Shown one piece after another: positions 1-10,984 of a DNA stretch of 64,000 nucleotides. Within the stretch, counting starts at the first letter, position 1; each line of letters opens with the position of its first letter. Under the pieces are notes generated by a model. The model was not told the DNA's origin. It did no database searches and saw only the letters and a program-made list of their open reading frames with translations. The position numbers and the translations under genes were made by a program. The DNA is taken from NCBI GenBank assembly GCA_964407495.1, contig CAYOVP010000001.1:11829-75828 (forward strand), written 5' to 3'. This DNA comes from an uncultured Thermodesulfobacteriota bacterium. GTDB lineage: Bacteria > Desulfobacterota > GWC2-55-46 > JADFVP01.

Positions 1-123
1 TCCGATCACCCTGTGGCCATGATAAAGGCCGTGCGCGAGGTGGTCCACAATAACCTCGACCCTGACAAGGCCTTTGACCTCTTCAATACCCTTGCCGGCG
101 AAAAACAGGCCGCCGGCGCCTGA
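1..123 (+). CDS. 3' end of an upstream gene running off the window start (product not identifiable from ~40 aa)
   Basis: Open frame from nt 1 to TGA at 121-123 (..NNLDPDKAFDLFNTLAGEKQAAGA*), co-directional with the following gene; not in ORF track because the start is outside the window. Confidence 0.3.
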   Translation, partial: SDHPVAMIKAVREVVHNNLDPDKAFDLFNTLAGEKQAAGA

Positions 124-260
124 GGCGTCTGAGACGCCGGCGCGTGACGCCGGCTGAGAGGCCTCGGCGTGAAGAAGGAGGGAGGGGGCATCGAGCGGGA
201 GTGAGAAGGCCGCCTGTGGGTTCGGTGGCAGGGGCCCTTTCGGGAAAGGATGAGCCTGGT

Positions 261-1283
261 TTGAAGGTAGCGGTATATTACAACAATAGCGACGTCCGTA
301 TCGAGGAGATGCCTCTGCCAGAAATCGGCCCTGACGAGATACTCGTCAGGGTAGAGGCCTCGGGCATCTGCGGTAGCGACGTCATGGAGTGGTACAGGAT
401 AAAAAAGGCCCCACTGGTGCTGGGCCATGAAGTGGCCGGCGTGGTGGAGAACGTCGGTAGGCTCGTTACGAAGTTTTGCCCCGGAGACCGCGTCTCCGTG
501 GCCCACCACGTACCATGCAATGCCTGCAGGTACTGCCTTCGTGGAGAGTTCTCTGTCTGCGATACGCTACGCACCACCAACTTCGACCCAGGCGGCTTTG
601 CCCAGTACATACGCGTGCCGGCCATTAACGTGGATAGAGGCGTCTTTATAATACCAGGTGATATGACCTTTGACGACGCCACCTTCATCGAGCCGCTCGG
701 GTGCGTAGTGAGGGGCATGAGAAGGGCCCGTTTCTCTGCAGGGCAGAGCGTACTCGTAATAGGGAGCGGCATATCCGGCCTGCTGCACGTGAAACTGGCC
801 CGCGCCCTTGGCGCTACCACCATCATAGCAACGGATGTAGTGGACGCAAGGCTCAAGATGGCCGAGACCGCTGGTGCTGATTTCGTCTTCAATGCCAGAC
901 TCGATATCCCAGAGAAGGTACGCGCCGCCCTTGGCCGTGGTGCGGACATGGTGGTCATAACAGCCGGAAGCGCCCCGGCCATAAGGCAGGCGCTGTCCTC
1001 TGTAGACCGGGGAGGCACCATCGTCTTCTTTGCCCCTGCCATGCCCGGCGAGACATTCCCAATGCCGCTCTTCGAACTCTGGCGAGATAATATTACTGTC
1101 ATCAATACCTATGCCTCGCCGCCTGTTGATACCGTCTCGGCCCTTGACCTCATTGGCAGCGGCGTAGTAGAGGTAGCGGACCTCATTACGCACAAACTCC
1201 CCATTGACGATGCGGCCCGGGGGTTTAGGCTCGTTGCCGAGGCCAATGAATCCATAAAGGTAATAATAGAGCCCAACGCTTAG
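261..1283 (+). CDS. Zn-dependent alcohol dehydrogenase (medium-chain dehydrogenase/reductase; threonine/sorbitol dehydrogenase-like)
   Basis: ORF 144-1283. Catalytic-Zn motif GICGSDVMEWY...GHEVAGVVENVG, structural-Zn Cys cluster CNACRYCLRGEFSVC, Rossmann motif VLVIGSGISGL. Likely real start is TTG 261 (M-KVAVYYNN...), about 10 nt after an AAAGGA SD; the upstream part of the ORF is Arg/Gly-rich read-through. Confidence 0.85.
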   Translation: MKVAVYYNNSDVRIEEMPLPEIGPDEILVRVEASGICGSDVMEWYRIKKAPLVLGHEVAGVVENVGRLVTKFCPGDRVSVAHHVPCNACRYCLRGEFSVCDTLRTTNFDPGGFAQYIRVPAINVDRGVFIIPGDMTFDDATFIEPLGCVVRGMRRARFSAGQSVLVIGSGISGLLHVKLARALGATTIIATDVVDARLKMAETAGADFVFNARLDIPEKVRAALGRGADMVVITAGSAPAIRQALSSVDRGGTIVFFAPAMPGETFPMPLFELWRDNITVINTYASPPVDTVSALDLIGSGVVEVADLITHKLPIDDAARGFRLVAEANESIKVIIEPNA

Positions 1284-1308
1284 GGTCTTTCTTTACGCTT
1301 CCTTCCCG

Positions 1309-2205
1309 TTGTCTTACCTTCGAGGGTGTCTTGTTGTGAAGAAGATTGGCATGATAGTCAATGAGTCCAACATGGGGGCCATTGATTTCGGCTCTGAACT
1401 CGCGGGCTGGATAAGAAAGTGCGGGGCCGAACTCTATGTTACCGAGGGGCTCGCAAGGTTCATAGACTCTTCTCTCGTGGCCGGAAGAGGCACGCCCTCT
1501 GAGATCTCCGAGCACGCCGATGCCATCGTGGTCCTCGGCGGAGACGGCACCATGCTCCGGGCCGCAAGGCTCATAGCGGGCCGCGACATACCCATCCTCG
1601 GCATCAACCTCGGGGGCCTGGGGTTTCTCACCTCTGTCACCGTGAGAGAGGCCAGAGAGATGGTGGAGAAGGTCATTGCAGGCGATGTCGCCATAGAGCA
1701 GAGGATGATGCTCTCCGTGGAGGTGAGGCGTGGTGGCGAGATCATCTCCACGCACAGGGTCCTCAACGAGGCGGTCGTAAAGGGGCTCACCGTGCGGCTC
1801 ATAAGGCTAGAGACGAGCATCAACCGAGAGTATGTCACCACCTACCGGGCCGACGGCCTCATAGTTGCCACGCCAACGGGCTCCACGGCCTACTCGCTCT
1901 CTGCCTCAGGTCCCATACTCTACCCTACTATACACTCCATAATCGTTGCGCCCATCTGTCCCTTCAACCTCATGAACCGCCCTGTTGTGATACCCGACTG
2001 GATGAGCGTGGATATAAGCGTCTGCCCTGGCCAGGACCGCATTGCCCTCGTACTCGACGGCGAGCAGGACGTATCGCTCGAGTGCGGCGATATCGTAACC
2101 ATCAGGAGGGCAGAGACGAGCGTGTACTTAATTAAGTATGAAGGGAAAAGTTATTTTGATATACTCAGGCAGAGACTCATGTGGGACGCAAGGGAAGAGG
2201 AATGA
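1309..2205 (+). CDS. nadK: NAD(+) kinase
   Basis: GGDGTMLRAARL motif, NLGGLGFLT, conserved NadK C-terminal region. Conserved nadK-recN synteny. Exact start uncertain (ATG 1309, or an internal ATG at 1351). Confidence 0.9.
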   Translation: MSYLRGCLVVKKIGMIVNESNMGAIDFGSELAGWIRKCGAELYVTEGLARFIDSSLVAGRGTPSEISEHADAIVVLGGDGTMLRAARLIAGRDIPILGINLGGLGFLTSVTVREAREMVEKVIAGDVAIEQRMMLSVEVRRGGEIISTHRVLNEAVVKGLTVRLIRLETSINREYVTTYRADGLIVATPTGSTAYSLSASGPILYPTIHSIIVAPICPFNLMNRPVVIPDWMSVDISVCPGQDRIALVLDGEQDVSLECGDIVTIRRAETSVYLIKYEGKSYFDILRQRLMWDAREEE

Positions 2206-2229
2206 GAAGACCTCAGAGGTCTCTTGGGT

Positions 2230-3975
2230 ATGCTTGTAGAACTGAGGATAAAGAACTTTGCCATAATAGAGAGCCTCGTTATTGAACTTGCAGGCGGGTT
2301 GAATGTCTTTACAGGCGAGACCGGCGCCGGCAAGAGCATCATAATGAACGCCATCTCCCTTGTGCTCGGAGACCGCGCCGCCGCTGACCTTGTGCGCACG
2401 GGAGCCCCTGGCGCCGAGGTAGAGGCCCTCTTCGATATCTCTGGCATGAGCGCCATCCGCCATGCCCTCGAGGAGGCCGGCATCGAGCCCTCCGATGACC
2501 TCGTCATAAAGCGCACCATAGCACGGGCCGGGAGGAACAGGATATACATAAACGGGAGCCTCGCCACCCTCGTAACCCTTACGGAGATTACGCGCAACCT
2601 TATCGACATTTACAGCCAGAGCGAGCATCAGAGCCTGACGCGCATGGAAGAGCACCTCGGTGTCCTCGATTCCTTCGGCGGCCTCGGGGAACTCAGGCGC
2701 CAGATGCAGGTGGCCTATGAAGACTACATCGCCATCTGTCGCGAGCGCGACTCACTCAAGGAGGACGACGGTGGCGCCACTGCCCGCAGGGAACTCCTTG
2801 CCTTTCAGGCCCGCGAAATAGAAGAAGCCGCCCTCACGCCTGGCGAGGAAGAGGAACTTAGGACACTGAGGCAGAGACTCCAGAACGCCGAGAAGATAAA
2901 GGGCGTTGCCGCACGGGCCGAAGAGGCGCTGTACTCGGCATCTGGTTCTGTCATAGAGCGCCTCGGCGCCGTGGTACGTGAACTCGGAGAGATATCTGCC
3001 TTTGACGATAAGGCCGCCTCGGCCCTCGAAGAGATAGAGTCCAGCCTTTACCAGATAGAGGACGCCGCGGCAACGCTCCGAGATATAGCCGGGGGCGTGG
3101 AGTTCGAGCCCGGAAGGCTCGAAGAGGTGGAGGACAGGCTCTACAGGATAGGTGCACTCAAGAAAAAATACGGCCCCACCATAGAGGCCATAGCAGAGTA
3201 CAAGAAAAAGATTGACGCCGAACTTGCCGGTCTTGACGACCTTGACGAGAGGCTCGCAGAGATAGAGGCAAGGCTCGAAGAAAAGGAAAAAATCGCGCGT
3301 GAGACCGCCGCGAGGCTCACGACGGCAAGGAGCAAGGCCGCAAGGGCGCTCAAGGCCAGGATGGAAGAAGAACTCGCCACCCTTGGGATGGAGGGGGCGG
3401 TCTTCGAGGTCCTCTTGAAGACAGAGGCGGACCAGGTCTCGGGCACTGCAAGGCTCACGGCCCGTGGTGCCGAGAGGGTGGCCTTTTATATCTCCACCAA
3501 TCCGGGTGAAGAGATAAAACCGCTGTCAAGGGTGGCCTCTGGCGGGGAACTCTCAAGGATAATGCTCGCCATAAAGAACATCAGCGCCGCTGGCAAGGTC
3601 CCCACGCTCATCTTCGACGAGATCGACACGGGCATAGGCGGTGCAATGGCCCACGTTGTGGGCGGTAAACTAAAGGCCCTCGCGAGAACTCACCAGGTGC
3701 TCTGCATAACGCACCTTCCACAGATAGCGGCCTTTGCGGACGAGCACTTTGTGGTCAAGAAGGAGACCATGGCCGCGGCAGGCGCAGGTGAGGACGCCAA
3801 GGACCTTTCAGAGAGGGAGGAGAGCACCAGGACGGTCACCACGGTACGGAGGCTCGAAGGCCGCGAGTGCTTAGAACAGATAGCATGGATGCTTGGCGGA
3901 ACCAATGTGACGGATACTACGCGGGAGCATGCAAGGGAACTCGTTGAGAGGGCGGTGCAGGGGAGTGTGGAGTAG
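2230..3975 (+). CDS. recN: DNA repair protein RecN
   Basis: N-terminal MLVELRIKNFAIIESL...FTGETGAGKSI (Walker A), long coiled-coil, C-terminal ABC signature/Walker B (PTLIFDEIDTGIGG). ATG at 2230 lies inside ORF 2224-3975. Confidence 0.93.
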   Translation: MLVELRIKNFAIIESLVIELAGGLNVFTGETGAGKSIIMNAISLVLGDRAAADLVRTGAPGAEVEALFDISGMSAIRHALEEAGIEPSDDLVIKRTIARAGRNRIYINGSLATLVTLTEITRNLIDIYSQSEHQSLTRMEEHLGVLDSFGGLGELRRQMQVAYEDYIAICRERDSLKEDDGGATARRELLAFQAREIEEAALTPGEEEELRTLRQRLQNAEKIKGVAARAEEALYSASGSVIERLGAVVRELGEISAFDDKAASALEEIESSLYQIEDAAATLRDIAGGVEFEPGRLEEVEDRLYRIGALKKKYGPTIEAIAEYKKKIDAELAGLDDLDERLAEIEARLEEKEKIARETAARLTTARSKAARALKARMEEELATLGMEGAVFEVLLKTEADQVSGTARLTARGAERVAFYISTNPGEEIKPLSRVASGGELSRIMLAIKNISAAGKVPTLIFDEIDTGIGGAMAHVVGGKLKALARTHQVLCITHLPQIAAFADEHFVVKKETMAAAGAGEDAKDLSEREESTRTVTTVRRLEGRECLEQIAWMLGGTNVTDTTREHARELVERAVQGSVE

Positions 3976-3984
3976 GAGGCGGCC

Positions 3985-4515
3985 ATGGACGAAGGGGCTG
4001 TGAATGAAGGCGCCATGAAGAGTGTTGCGAAGAGGGGGCCCCGGACTTTGCCTCTTGTCCAGAAGGCCAGGCTATCGGACGCCAGGGGGATACATGCCCT
4101 GGTGAGCGAGTCAGCGGCAAAGGAAGAGATGCTCGGGCGCTCTCTCGAAGAGATATGTTCGAGCATCAGGGATTTTTTTGTGGCAAGGCGGGGTAATGAG
4201 GTCCTTGGTATCGTCTCCCTCCATGTCTGGGACGAAGGACTTGCCGAGGTGCGCTCCCTGGCCGTAGGGGAGCCGTACAGGCGCCGCGGGCTTGGCAGGG
4301 CCCTTGTGGAGGCCGCCCTCGAAGAGGCCGGGGAACTTGGCATAAAGAGGGTCTTTGCCCTTACCTATGCAGTGGAGTTCTTCCTGGAAATGGGTTTTCA
4401 CGAGGTGGACAAGGCAGACCTTCCGCAGAAGATCTGGGGAGACTGCCTGGGATGCAGGAAGTTCCCGGGTTGTGACGAGAGAGCCGTGCTCCTGGACCTG
4501 AAGTGTGGTGGTTGA
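3985..4515 (+). CDS. GNAT-family N-acetyltransferase (possibly a short-form amino-acid N-acetyltransferase)
   Basis: Acetyl-CoA binding motif RRRGLGRALVEAALEEA, typical GNAT beta-strand pattern, ~150-170 aa. Confidence 0.75.
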   Translation: MDEGAVNEGAMKSVAKRGPRTLPLVQKARLSDARGIHALVSESAAKEEMLGRSLEEICSSIRDFFVARRGNEVLGIVSLHVWDEGLAEVRSLAVGEPYRRRGLGRALVEAALEEAGELGIKRVFALTYAVEFFLEMGFHEVDKADLPQKIWGDCLGCRKFPGCDERAVLLDLKCGG

Positions 4516-4578
4516 ACATAGCAGGCCAAGAGAAGAAGGTGCAGGCAGGTTGGTGTCTGAGTTTATGAGGGCTGGTGG

Positions 4579-5964
4579 ATGAAGAAGGATTCCGGTGCAG
4601 GAGGGGCAAAGGGGGCGGAGCATCGTTTTGACGAGGCCGCAGAGGCACTGCGGGGCATGCTCGAGGGACGGGGCTGCGCCTACGAGATTTTCTTCGAAGA
4701 GGATGAAGGACTTGGGGCAGAGGCAAAGGACGGCACTGTTGACGCGCTGAAGGTCAGGCACGGCAGCGGTGTGGGGGTACGCGTCATCAGGGGCCGAAGA
4801 CCGGGTTTTGCCTATGCAGGGGCTCTTGATATCGACGCACTTGCCGATACAGTAGAGAGGGCCCTCGATGCAAGCAACGGGGCCGATGAGGACGAGGCCC
4901 TGTCTTTTCCGGCCCCACCTGCAACCTATCCAGACGTCTGCGGGACCTGCGACGGGGCAGATTTTGCGGGGAAGACCGAGTCGGTCGTCGAGAGGGCCAT
5001 ACTCGTTGAAAAGGGAGCCCTCGAACGCTCGCCGGAGATAAGACGGGTGAGAAAGGCCTCTTTCGATGGCCGTCTCATAAGTACTCGCGTCATCAACTCC
5101 GAGGGGGTGGATGTCTCGCAGACCGCCACCTACTACACGGCTCAGGTAATGGCCGTGGCAGAGCGGGACGGTGAGGCCGAGATGGGCTGGGACATGGCCT
5201 TTTCGCATAGTGCCGGCGGCCTTGACCCCGGAAAGGTCGGGGCAGAGGCGGCTGAGCGGGCATTGAGGCTCCTTGGGGCAAGGTCCATGGAGACGGCCCG
5301 CCTCAGGGCGGTCCTCGAGAATACCGTTGTCTGCGAACTCCTCGAGGCGCTCTCAGGGTCTTTTCTAGGGAACAACCTCTTCAAGGGCAAGTCCATGCTC
5401 ATGGGTCGTCTCGGAGAAAAGGTCTTCTCAGATATAGTAAACATCTGGGACGACGGATTGCTCGAGGGGGGGTGGGGCACCTCCAGCGCAGACTCCGAGG
5501 GCATGCCCATGGAAAAGACCTGCCTCGTGGAGGCTGGCGTGGTAAGGGGTTTTCTCTTTGATTCGTACTGGGCCGGCAGGATGAAGGCAAGGCCCACAGG
5601 AAACGCCTCGCGCGCCGGGTACGCGGCAACGCCCGGCGTGGGTATCACAAACCTTTACATGGAGCCGGCCCAAGGTGCCGTCCCCCTTGAAGAACTCTTC
5701 GAAGAGGCCGGAAGCGGGATATTCATAACCGAACTCATGGGCGTTCATACCATAAATCCGGTAACAGGCGATTTTTCACTTGGCGCCTCAGGACTCCGCA
5801 TAGAGGGCGGGGCGCTCGCCACCCCGCTACGTGGTCTTGCCATAGCAGGCAACCTCATAGAACTATTCGAGAAAATCGTCGCCACAGCCGTGGACAGGAG
5901 GTTTCTTGGCCCTGTGGGCGCCCCGAGCATACTAATAAGCGAGTTAGAGGTTAGCGGATCATGA
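4579..5964 (+). CDS. TldD/PmbA-family metalloprotease (modulator of DNA gyrase family)
   Basis: 461 aa with characteristic PmbA/TldD layout and conserved C-terminal Gly-rich region (GVHTINPVTGDFSLGASGLRIEGG). Stop overlaps next start (ATGA at 5961-5964). Confidence 0.85.
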   Translation: MKKDSGAGGAKGAEHRFDEAAEALRGMLEGRGCAYEIFFEEDEGLGAEAKDGTVDALKVRHGSGVGVRVIRGRRPGFAYAGALDIDALADTVERALDASNGADEDEALSFPAPPATYPDVCGTCDGADFAGKTESVVERAILVEKGALERSPEIRRVRKASFDGRLISTRVINSEGVDVSQTATYYTAQVMAVAERDGEAEMGWDMAFSHSAGGLDPGKVGAEAAERALRLLGARSMETARLRAVLENTVVCELLEALSGSFLGNNLFKGKSMLMGRLGEKVFSDIVNIWDDGLLEGGWGTSSADSEGMPMEKTCLVEAGVVRGFLFDSYWAGRMKARPTGNASRAGYAATPGVGITNLYMEPAQGAVPLEELFEEAGSGIFITELMGVHTINPVTGDFSLGASGLRIEGGALATPLRGLAIAGNLIELFEKIVATAVDRRFLGPVGAPSILISELEVSGS

Positions 5965-6641
5965 TAAGAAAGATAGATGACGATGAGTTGGAGATGGTAA
6001 AGGAGGCGCTCGCGGCCAACCCCCTCTTCAGCGGGCTCGAGGAGTTTTACCTCGATGACCTCCTGGAAGTGGGAGAACTCAAGTACTGGCCCGGCGGGTC
6101 CCAGGTCATATGCGAGGGTGATATGGGAGAGGCCGTGTACTTCATAGTCTCGGGAAGGGCAAAGGTGACGCTGTACAGCGAACAGGGTCGCGAGATAGTG
6201 CTCTCTGTCCTTAAGAAGGGCGACATGTTCGGAGAGATGTCCATAATGGACGAGAAACCGCGCTCTGCGAACGTGGAGACCGTAAAGGAACTCAAGTGTC
6301 TCGTCGTAAGAAAGGATGCCTTTCTCAAGTACCTGGGCGTGCATCACCGCGTGTACCGAACCATGTTCGCCTATCTAACCACCAGGCTCCGAGAGGCCAC
6401 GCGAAAGATCGGAGGCCTTGCGCTCCTCGATGTCTGTGGCCGAATTGCCCATACGCTCATAGGAATGGCAAAGCCCTCGGAAGACGACCAGATAGTGACC
6501 ATAGAACGGCCAACACACGAGGAACTGGCGGCAATGATAGGGTCCTCGAGGGAGGTTGTGAGCAGGGCGCTGAAGAAGATGAGCAACGAGGGGTATATAA
6601 AGATAGAAAAGAAGCACATACTCCTCTTTCTGCACCAGTAA
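5961..6641 (+). CDS. Crp/Fnr-family transcriptional regulator (cNMP-binding domain plus C-terminal HTH)
   Basis: cNMP-binding beta-roll (GDMGEAVYFIVSGRAKV...GDMFGEMS) and C-terminal HTH (THEELAAMIGSSREVVSRALKKM). Confidence 0.88.
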   Translation: MIRKIDDDELEMVKEALAANPLFSGLEEFYLDDLLEVGELKYWPGGSQVICEGDMGEAVYFIVSGRAKVTLYSEQGREIVLSVLKKGDMFGEMSIMDEKPRSANVETVKELKCLVVRKDAFLKYLGVHHRVYRTMFAYLTTRLREATRKIGGLALLDVCGRIAHTLIGMAKPSEDDQIVTIERPTHEELAAMIGSSREVVSRALKKMSNEGYIKIEKKHILLFLHQ

Positions 6642-6929
6642 GGCCGGAGCGCTGTGACCTTTATCACTGTTTTTTCCGCAAATCGGCGTTGATAATCAGA
6701 GACCGGTTTAACCTTGACTTGAGGCGGCCACTGTGCTAATAATCAGAGAAAAAATGACGAGTTCCATGGCAAACAAACTCCAGAGGCGGAGGCTGTCTTG
6801 AGGTTAAAGTCACCCTTCAGGAGATCGGGCGAAGGCCTCTCGGGCGTAGGTGCGTCCCGCCCAAGGGGCAGTAGATACCTTACCCTATTCTTCCTCACCA
6901 ACGATAGCGCCGCGCCAAGGCGCCTGAAG

Positions 6930-7781
6930 ATGAGTATGGCCCTTGCCAAGGGGCTCGCCGTCCTCTCTGTATTATTCTTCCTGGGCGTCTCCTTCATGGC
7001 ATATGATTACCTGCGTCTTCGCGGCGATTCGCGCGAACTCTACCGATTGAAGAGCGAGAACGCCACACAGAAGATAGAACTGCAGGACTTCTCGTCGAGG
7101 ATCCGTGACCTCGAGGCAAAGATGGCCCGTCTCGAGATATTCGACAAGAAACTCCGCATCATCGCCCATATCGAGCCAGAGGGCAAGTTTGCCTCAAAGA
7201 CCACTCTCAAGGGCATAGGTGGGCCAGCCGCCGACAGCGCAGACTATCTCCTCACCCCGGGTGCGAGGGTCGACGAACTCGTGAGCCAGATACGCTCAGA
7301 CCTCGAGGGGCTCGAACTCAAGGCAGACCTTCAGGAGGCGAGTTTCTCCGATCTTCGCGAGGGCCTCATGAAAAAATCCCGGCTCCTCGCATCCACGCCA
7401 TCCATCTGGCCCGTTAAGGGTTGGGTGACGTCCACCTTTGGCTCGAGGATCTCTCCCTTTACAGGGCTCAAGCACGCCCACAATGGCATCGACATCGCCA
7501 ACCGCCTCGGTACGCCCGTAGTGGCCACTGCCAACGGCAGGGTGACCAAAGTAGGCCGTGACGCCAACCTCGGCAGGTTTATCACCGTCAGCCACGGCTA
7601 TGGCATAAAGACCGTCTATGGTCACCTCTCGCGCACCTATGTCAAGACCGGCCAGAGGGTCAAGAGGGGGCAGAAGATCGGGGCCCTCGGCAACACGGGC
7701 CGTTCCACAGGCTCACATCTGCACTATGCCGTTGCCGTAAACGGCGTCTACGTAAATCCCAGAAGGTATATCCTGAACTGA
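6930..7781 (+). CDS. M23-family peptidase (EnvC/NlpD-like murein endopeptidase) with N-terminal TM anchor and coiled coil
   Basis: C-terminal M23 motifs HNGIDIA...GRVTKVG...GNTGRSTGSHLHY. TM helix LAKGLAVLSVLFFLGVSF. ORF track gives 6798-7781; ATG 6930 (MSMALAKG) is the plausible start. Confidence 0.85.
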   Translation: MSMALAKGLAVLSVLFFLGVSFMAYDYLRLRGDSRELYRLKSENATQKIELQDFSSRIRDLEAKMARLEIFDKKLRIIAHIEPEGKFASKTTLKGIGGPAADSADYLLTPGARVDELVSQIRSDLEGLELKADLQEASFSDLREGLMKKSRLLASTPSIWPVKGWVTSTFGSRISPFTGLKHAHNGIDIANRLGTPVVATANGRVTKVGRDANLGRFITVSHGYGIKTVYGHLSRTYVKTGQRVKRGQKIGALGNTGRSTGSHLHYAVAVNGVYVNPRRYILN

Positions 7782-8132
7782 GAGTTCCGTCATAAGTGGT
7801 CTCGCCTGAACGCAGACAGGCCGGGGCTCAGGTGCGAAGTCCTTTGGCGGTCCTCCAGGCCTCCTTGGGGCAGGGACGGGAGATGGGGTGATAAGGAAAG
7901 CGGGGGGCTCTGACTGCGGCACCTGCCTTGGCGCTATGAGGTCTGTCTGGACGCTACAGCCCGGCTTGGGACTTGGAGGCCAGAAGGTGCCTGGCCCAGG
8001 CTTCCACGAGACAAACCCTCCTTCCTACGAATACCCTTTCTTTGGTCTGGAATCGGGAAACAAATAGTGTTATACTTTGATATTAAAGGAAATATACCAC
8101 CATATAAAATATAGACATACACAGGGAGCAAC

Positions 8133-10886
8133 ATGTTTGGCGGAATACTGAAGAAGGTTTTTGGCAGCAAGAACGAACGCGACATCAAGCGCATGCGTCC
8201 ACTTGTGGACAAGATAAACGCCCTTGAACCAGAGATGGAGAAAGTGGCGGACAACGGCTTCATCGCCCTTACGGAGAAGTTCAAGGAACGGATAGCAGGC
8301 GGGGCCACACTGGACGAGATACTGCCAGAAGCCTTTGCCGCTGTCCGCGAGGCCTCGAAGCGGGAACTCAGGATGCGCCACTTCGACACCCAGATCCTCG
8401 GCGGCATAGTCCTCCACGAGGGCAAGATAGCAGAGATGAAGACCGGTGAAGGTAAGACCCTTGCCGCCACACTCGCACTCTATCTCAACGCGCTTACAGG
8501 CAAGGGCGCCCATCTTGTCACTGTGAACGACTACCTCTCGCGCCGTGACGCTGTCTGGATGGGGCCACTGTACCACAAACTCGGCCTCACCGTGGGAGTC
8601 ATACAGCACGAGGTGAGTTTCATCTATGACCCCACCTTTACGGATGAGACGGGCGGGCACTATCACCTCCGTCCCGTGGAGCGGCGGGAGGCCTATTACG
8701 CGGACATCACCTACGGGACAAACAACGAGTTTGGTTTCGATTACCTGCGCGACAATATGAAGTTCTCCATAGATGAGTATGTTCAGCGCGAACTCAACTT
8801 CGCCATTGTCGACGAGGTGGACTCCATCCTCATCGACGAGGCCCGTACCCCTCTTATAATATCCGGCGCCCTCGAAGACTCCACGCAGAAGTACTATGAC
8901 ATAGACCGTGTCATACCAAACCTCGAAAAAGACAGGCATTATACTGTGGACGAGAAGGCCCGCCAGGTGCTCCTTACAGACGAGGGCGTGGAAAAGGTGG
9001 AGTCACTGCTCGGGATAAAGAACCTATACGACATCACCAACATAGAGACCCTTCATCACGTGAACCAGGCCCTCAAGGCCCATGTCCTCTTCCAGCGCGA
9101 TGTGGACTACGTGGTAAAGGACGGCTCGGTGGTCATAGTGGACGAGTTCACGGGCAGGCTCATGGAGGGCCGCCGCTGGTCTGACGGCCTTCACCAGGCC
9201 GTGGAGGCCAAGGAAGGGGTGAAGATAGAGAGCGAGAACCAGACGCTGGCCACCATTACCTTCCAGAACTACTTCAGGATGTATGACAAACTCTCGGGCA
9301 TGACCGGTACAGCCGACACAGAGGCCGCGGAGTTCAACTCCATATACAACCTCGAGGTGGTGGTAATCCCCACGAACAAGCCCATGATACGCATCGACCA
9401 CCGCGACCTCGTGTACAAGACCAAGGAAGAGAAGTTCCGCGCAGTAATAAAGGAAATAAAGGAACTCATAGAAAAGGGCAGGCCCGTACTCGTGGGTACC
9501 ATCTCCATAGAGGACTCGGAAAAACTCTCACGCATGCTGAAGGCCCAGGGCATACGCCACGATGTCCTCAATGCCAAGCACCACGAGCGCGAGGCAGAGA
9601 TAATAGCCCAGGCAGGCCGCCTCGGTGCAGTGACCCTGTCCACCAACATGGCTGGCCGTGGAACCGATATCATGCTCGGCGGCAACCCAGAACACATGGC
9701 CATGGCAGTTGCCGGCAAGGACGAGACAACGCCAGAATACAAGGCCGCCTACGAAGAGGCCTTGAGGATCTGCAATGAGGAGAAGAAGAAGGTCATAGAA
9801 CTGGGCGGCCTTCATATCCTTGGCACCGAACGCCACGAGTCGAGGCGTATAGACAACCAGCTCCGTGGCCGCGCGGGCCGCCAGGGAGACCCTGGATCGT
9901 CGCGCTTCTATCTCTCCTTCGAGGACGATCTCCTTCGTATCTTCGGGAGCGACCGCATCGCCTCCATTATGAACAAGATAGGCCTTGAAGAAGACGTGCC
10001 CATAGAGCACGGCCTCGTCTCCAGGGCCATTGAGAATGCCCAGAAAAAGGTCGAGGCCCATAACTTCGACATAAGAAAACACCTCCTCGAGTATGATGAT
10101 GTCATGAACCAGCAGAGGGAGGTGGTCTATGGGTACAGGCGTCAGATACTCGCCAAGGAGGGCCTTCGCGAGATGGTCAAGGAGTTTGCCGGCGAGATGG
10201 CAGAAGACCTTGTAAACACCCATATCGAGGACAAGGCGCATCCTGATGAGTGGGACATAAAGACCCTGAACGAGGCCGTAATGGCCCAGTTCGGGATAGT
10301 CCTCGATGAGGCCGAGGCCAGGGGTGTGGATAATGCCGAGGCACTCGCAAAACTCATAGTGGACAGAGCCTGGCCCGCCTACGAAGCAAAGGTCGAACTT
10401 GCCGGAGAGGAGAACTTCTCCGAGTTCGAGCGCATTATCACCATTACCACCCTAGACAACCTTTGGAAGGACCATCTCCTGTCCATGGACCACCTGAAGG
10501 GCGGCATAGGGCTCCGCGGTTTTGGACAGAAGGACCCGCTCCAGGAGTACAAGAAAGAAGGCTATGATCTCTTTGTGAACATGATCTATAACTTCAAGTC
10601 AGAGATAGTTGAGCGCCTCTTCAGGGTGGAGATTACCATAGACGAGGGTGAGGAGACTGCCCCTGCGCCCCCGCCGCCGGTGGCAGAGCCCGTGGCCGTG
10701 ACCTACGGGCGAGGCGAGGCCCCTGGCGTGGGAGTTGCAACCGCCGAACCAATGACCGAGGCCGTGGCCGAATCTGCCGAGGAAAAGCCGAGGCCCGTGG
10801 TGCGAAGCACCGAGAAGATAGGCAGAAACGACCCCTGCACCTGTGGTAGTGGCAAGAAGTATAAGAAGTGCTGCGGCGCTGCCTGA
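8133..10886 (+). CDS. secA: Preprotein translocase ATPase SecA
   Basis: 917 aa; N-terminal [25 protein letters not shown]-like motor motifs, C-terminal Zn-finger [22 protein letters not shown] before the ATG. Confidence 0.97.
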   Translation: MFGGILKKVFGSKNERDIKRMRPLVDKINALEPEMEKVADNGFIALTEKFKERIAGGATLDEILPEAFAAVREASKRELRMRHFDTQILGGIVLHEGKIAEMKTGEGKTLAATLALYLNALTGKGAHLVTVNDYLSRRDAVWMGPLYHKLGLTVGVIQHEVSFIYDPTFTDETGGHYHLRPVERREAYYADITYGTNNEFGFDYLRDNMKFSIDEYVQRELNFAIVDEVDSILIDEARTPLIISGALEDSTQKYYDIDRVIPNLEKDRHYTVDEKARQVLLTDEGVEKVESLLGIKNLYDITNIETLHHVNQALKAHVLFQRDVDYVVKDGSVVIVDEFTGRLMEGRRWSDGLHQAVEAKEGVKIESENQTLATITFQNYFRMYDKLSGMTGTADTEAAEFNSIYNLEVVVIPTNKPMIRIDHRDLVYKTKEEKFRAVIKEIKELIEKGRPVLVGTISIEDSEKLSRMLKAQGIRHDVLNAKHHEREAEIIAQAGRLGAVTLSTNMAGRGTDIMLGGNPEHMAMAVAGKDETTPEYKAAYEEALRICNEEKKKVIELGGLHILGTERHESRRIDNQLRGRAGRQGDPGSSRFYLSFEDDLLRIFGSDRIASIMNKIGLEEDVPIEHGLVSRAIENAQKKVEAHNFDIRKHLLEYDDVMNQQREVVYGYRRQILAKEGLREMVKEFAGEMAEDLVNTHIEDKAHPDEWDIKTLNEAVMAQFGIVLDEAEARGVDNAEALAKLIVDRAWPAYEAKVELAGEENFSEFERIITITTLDNLWKDHLLSMDHLKGGIGLRGFGQKDPLQEYKKEGYDLFVNMIYNFKSEIVERLFRVEITIDEGEETAPAPPPPVAEPVAVTYGRGEAPGVGVATAEPMTEAVAESAEEKPRPVVRSTEKIGRNDPCTCGSGKKYKKCCGAA

Positions 10887-10984
10887 GGGGCCGATGGTCT
10901 CAGGGGGCGGCTGCCAGAACTGATACCGCTGTTCCTGTCATGCCTTTTGCTGTGGCATCATCGGGGCCCGGTGCATGGGCTGAT

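Noticed and set aside
6-1193. Minus-strand ORFs (6-509, 278-1105, 567-1193) overlapping the alcohol dehydrogenase gene
   Set aside because: Antisense to a gene with strong domain evidence. Low-complexity Ser/Pro/Arg-rich translations typical of spurious ORFs in high-GC DNA.
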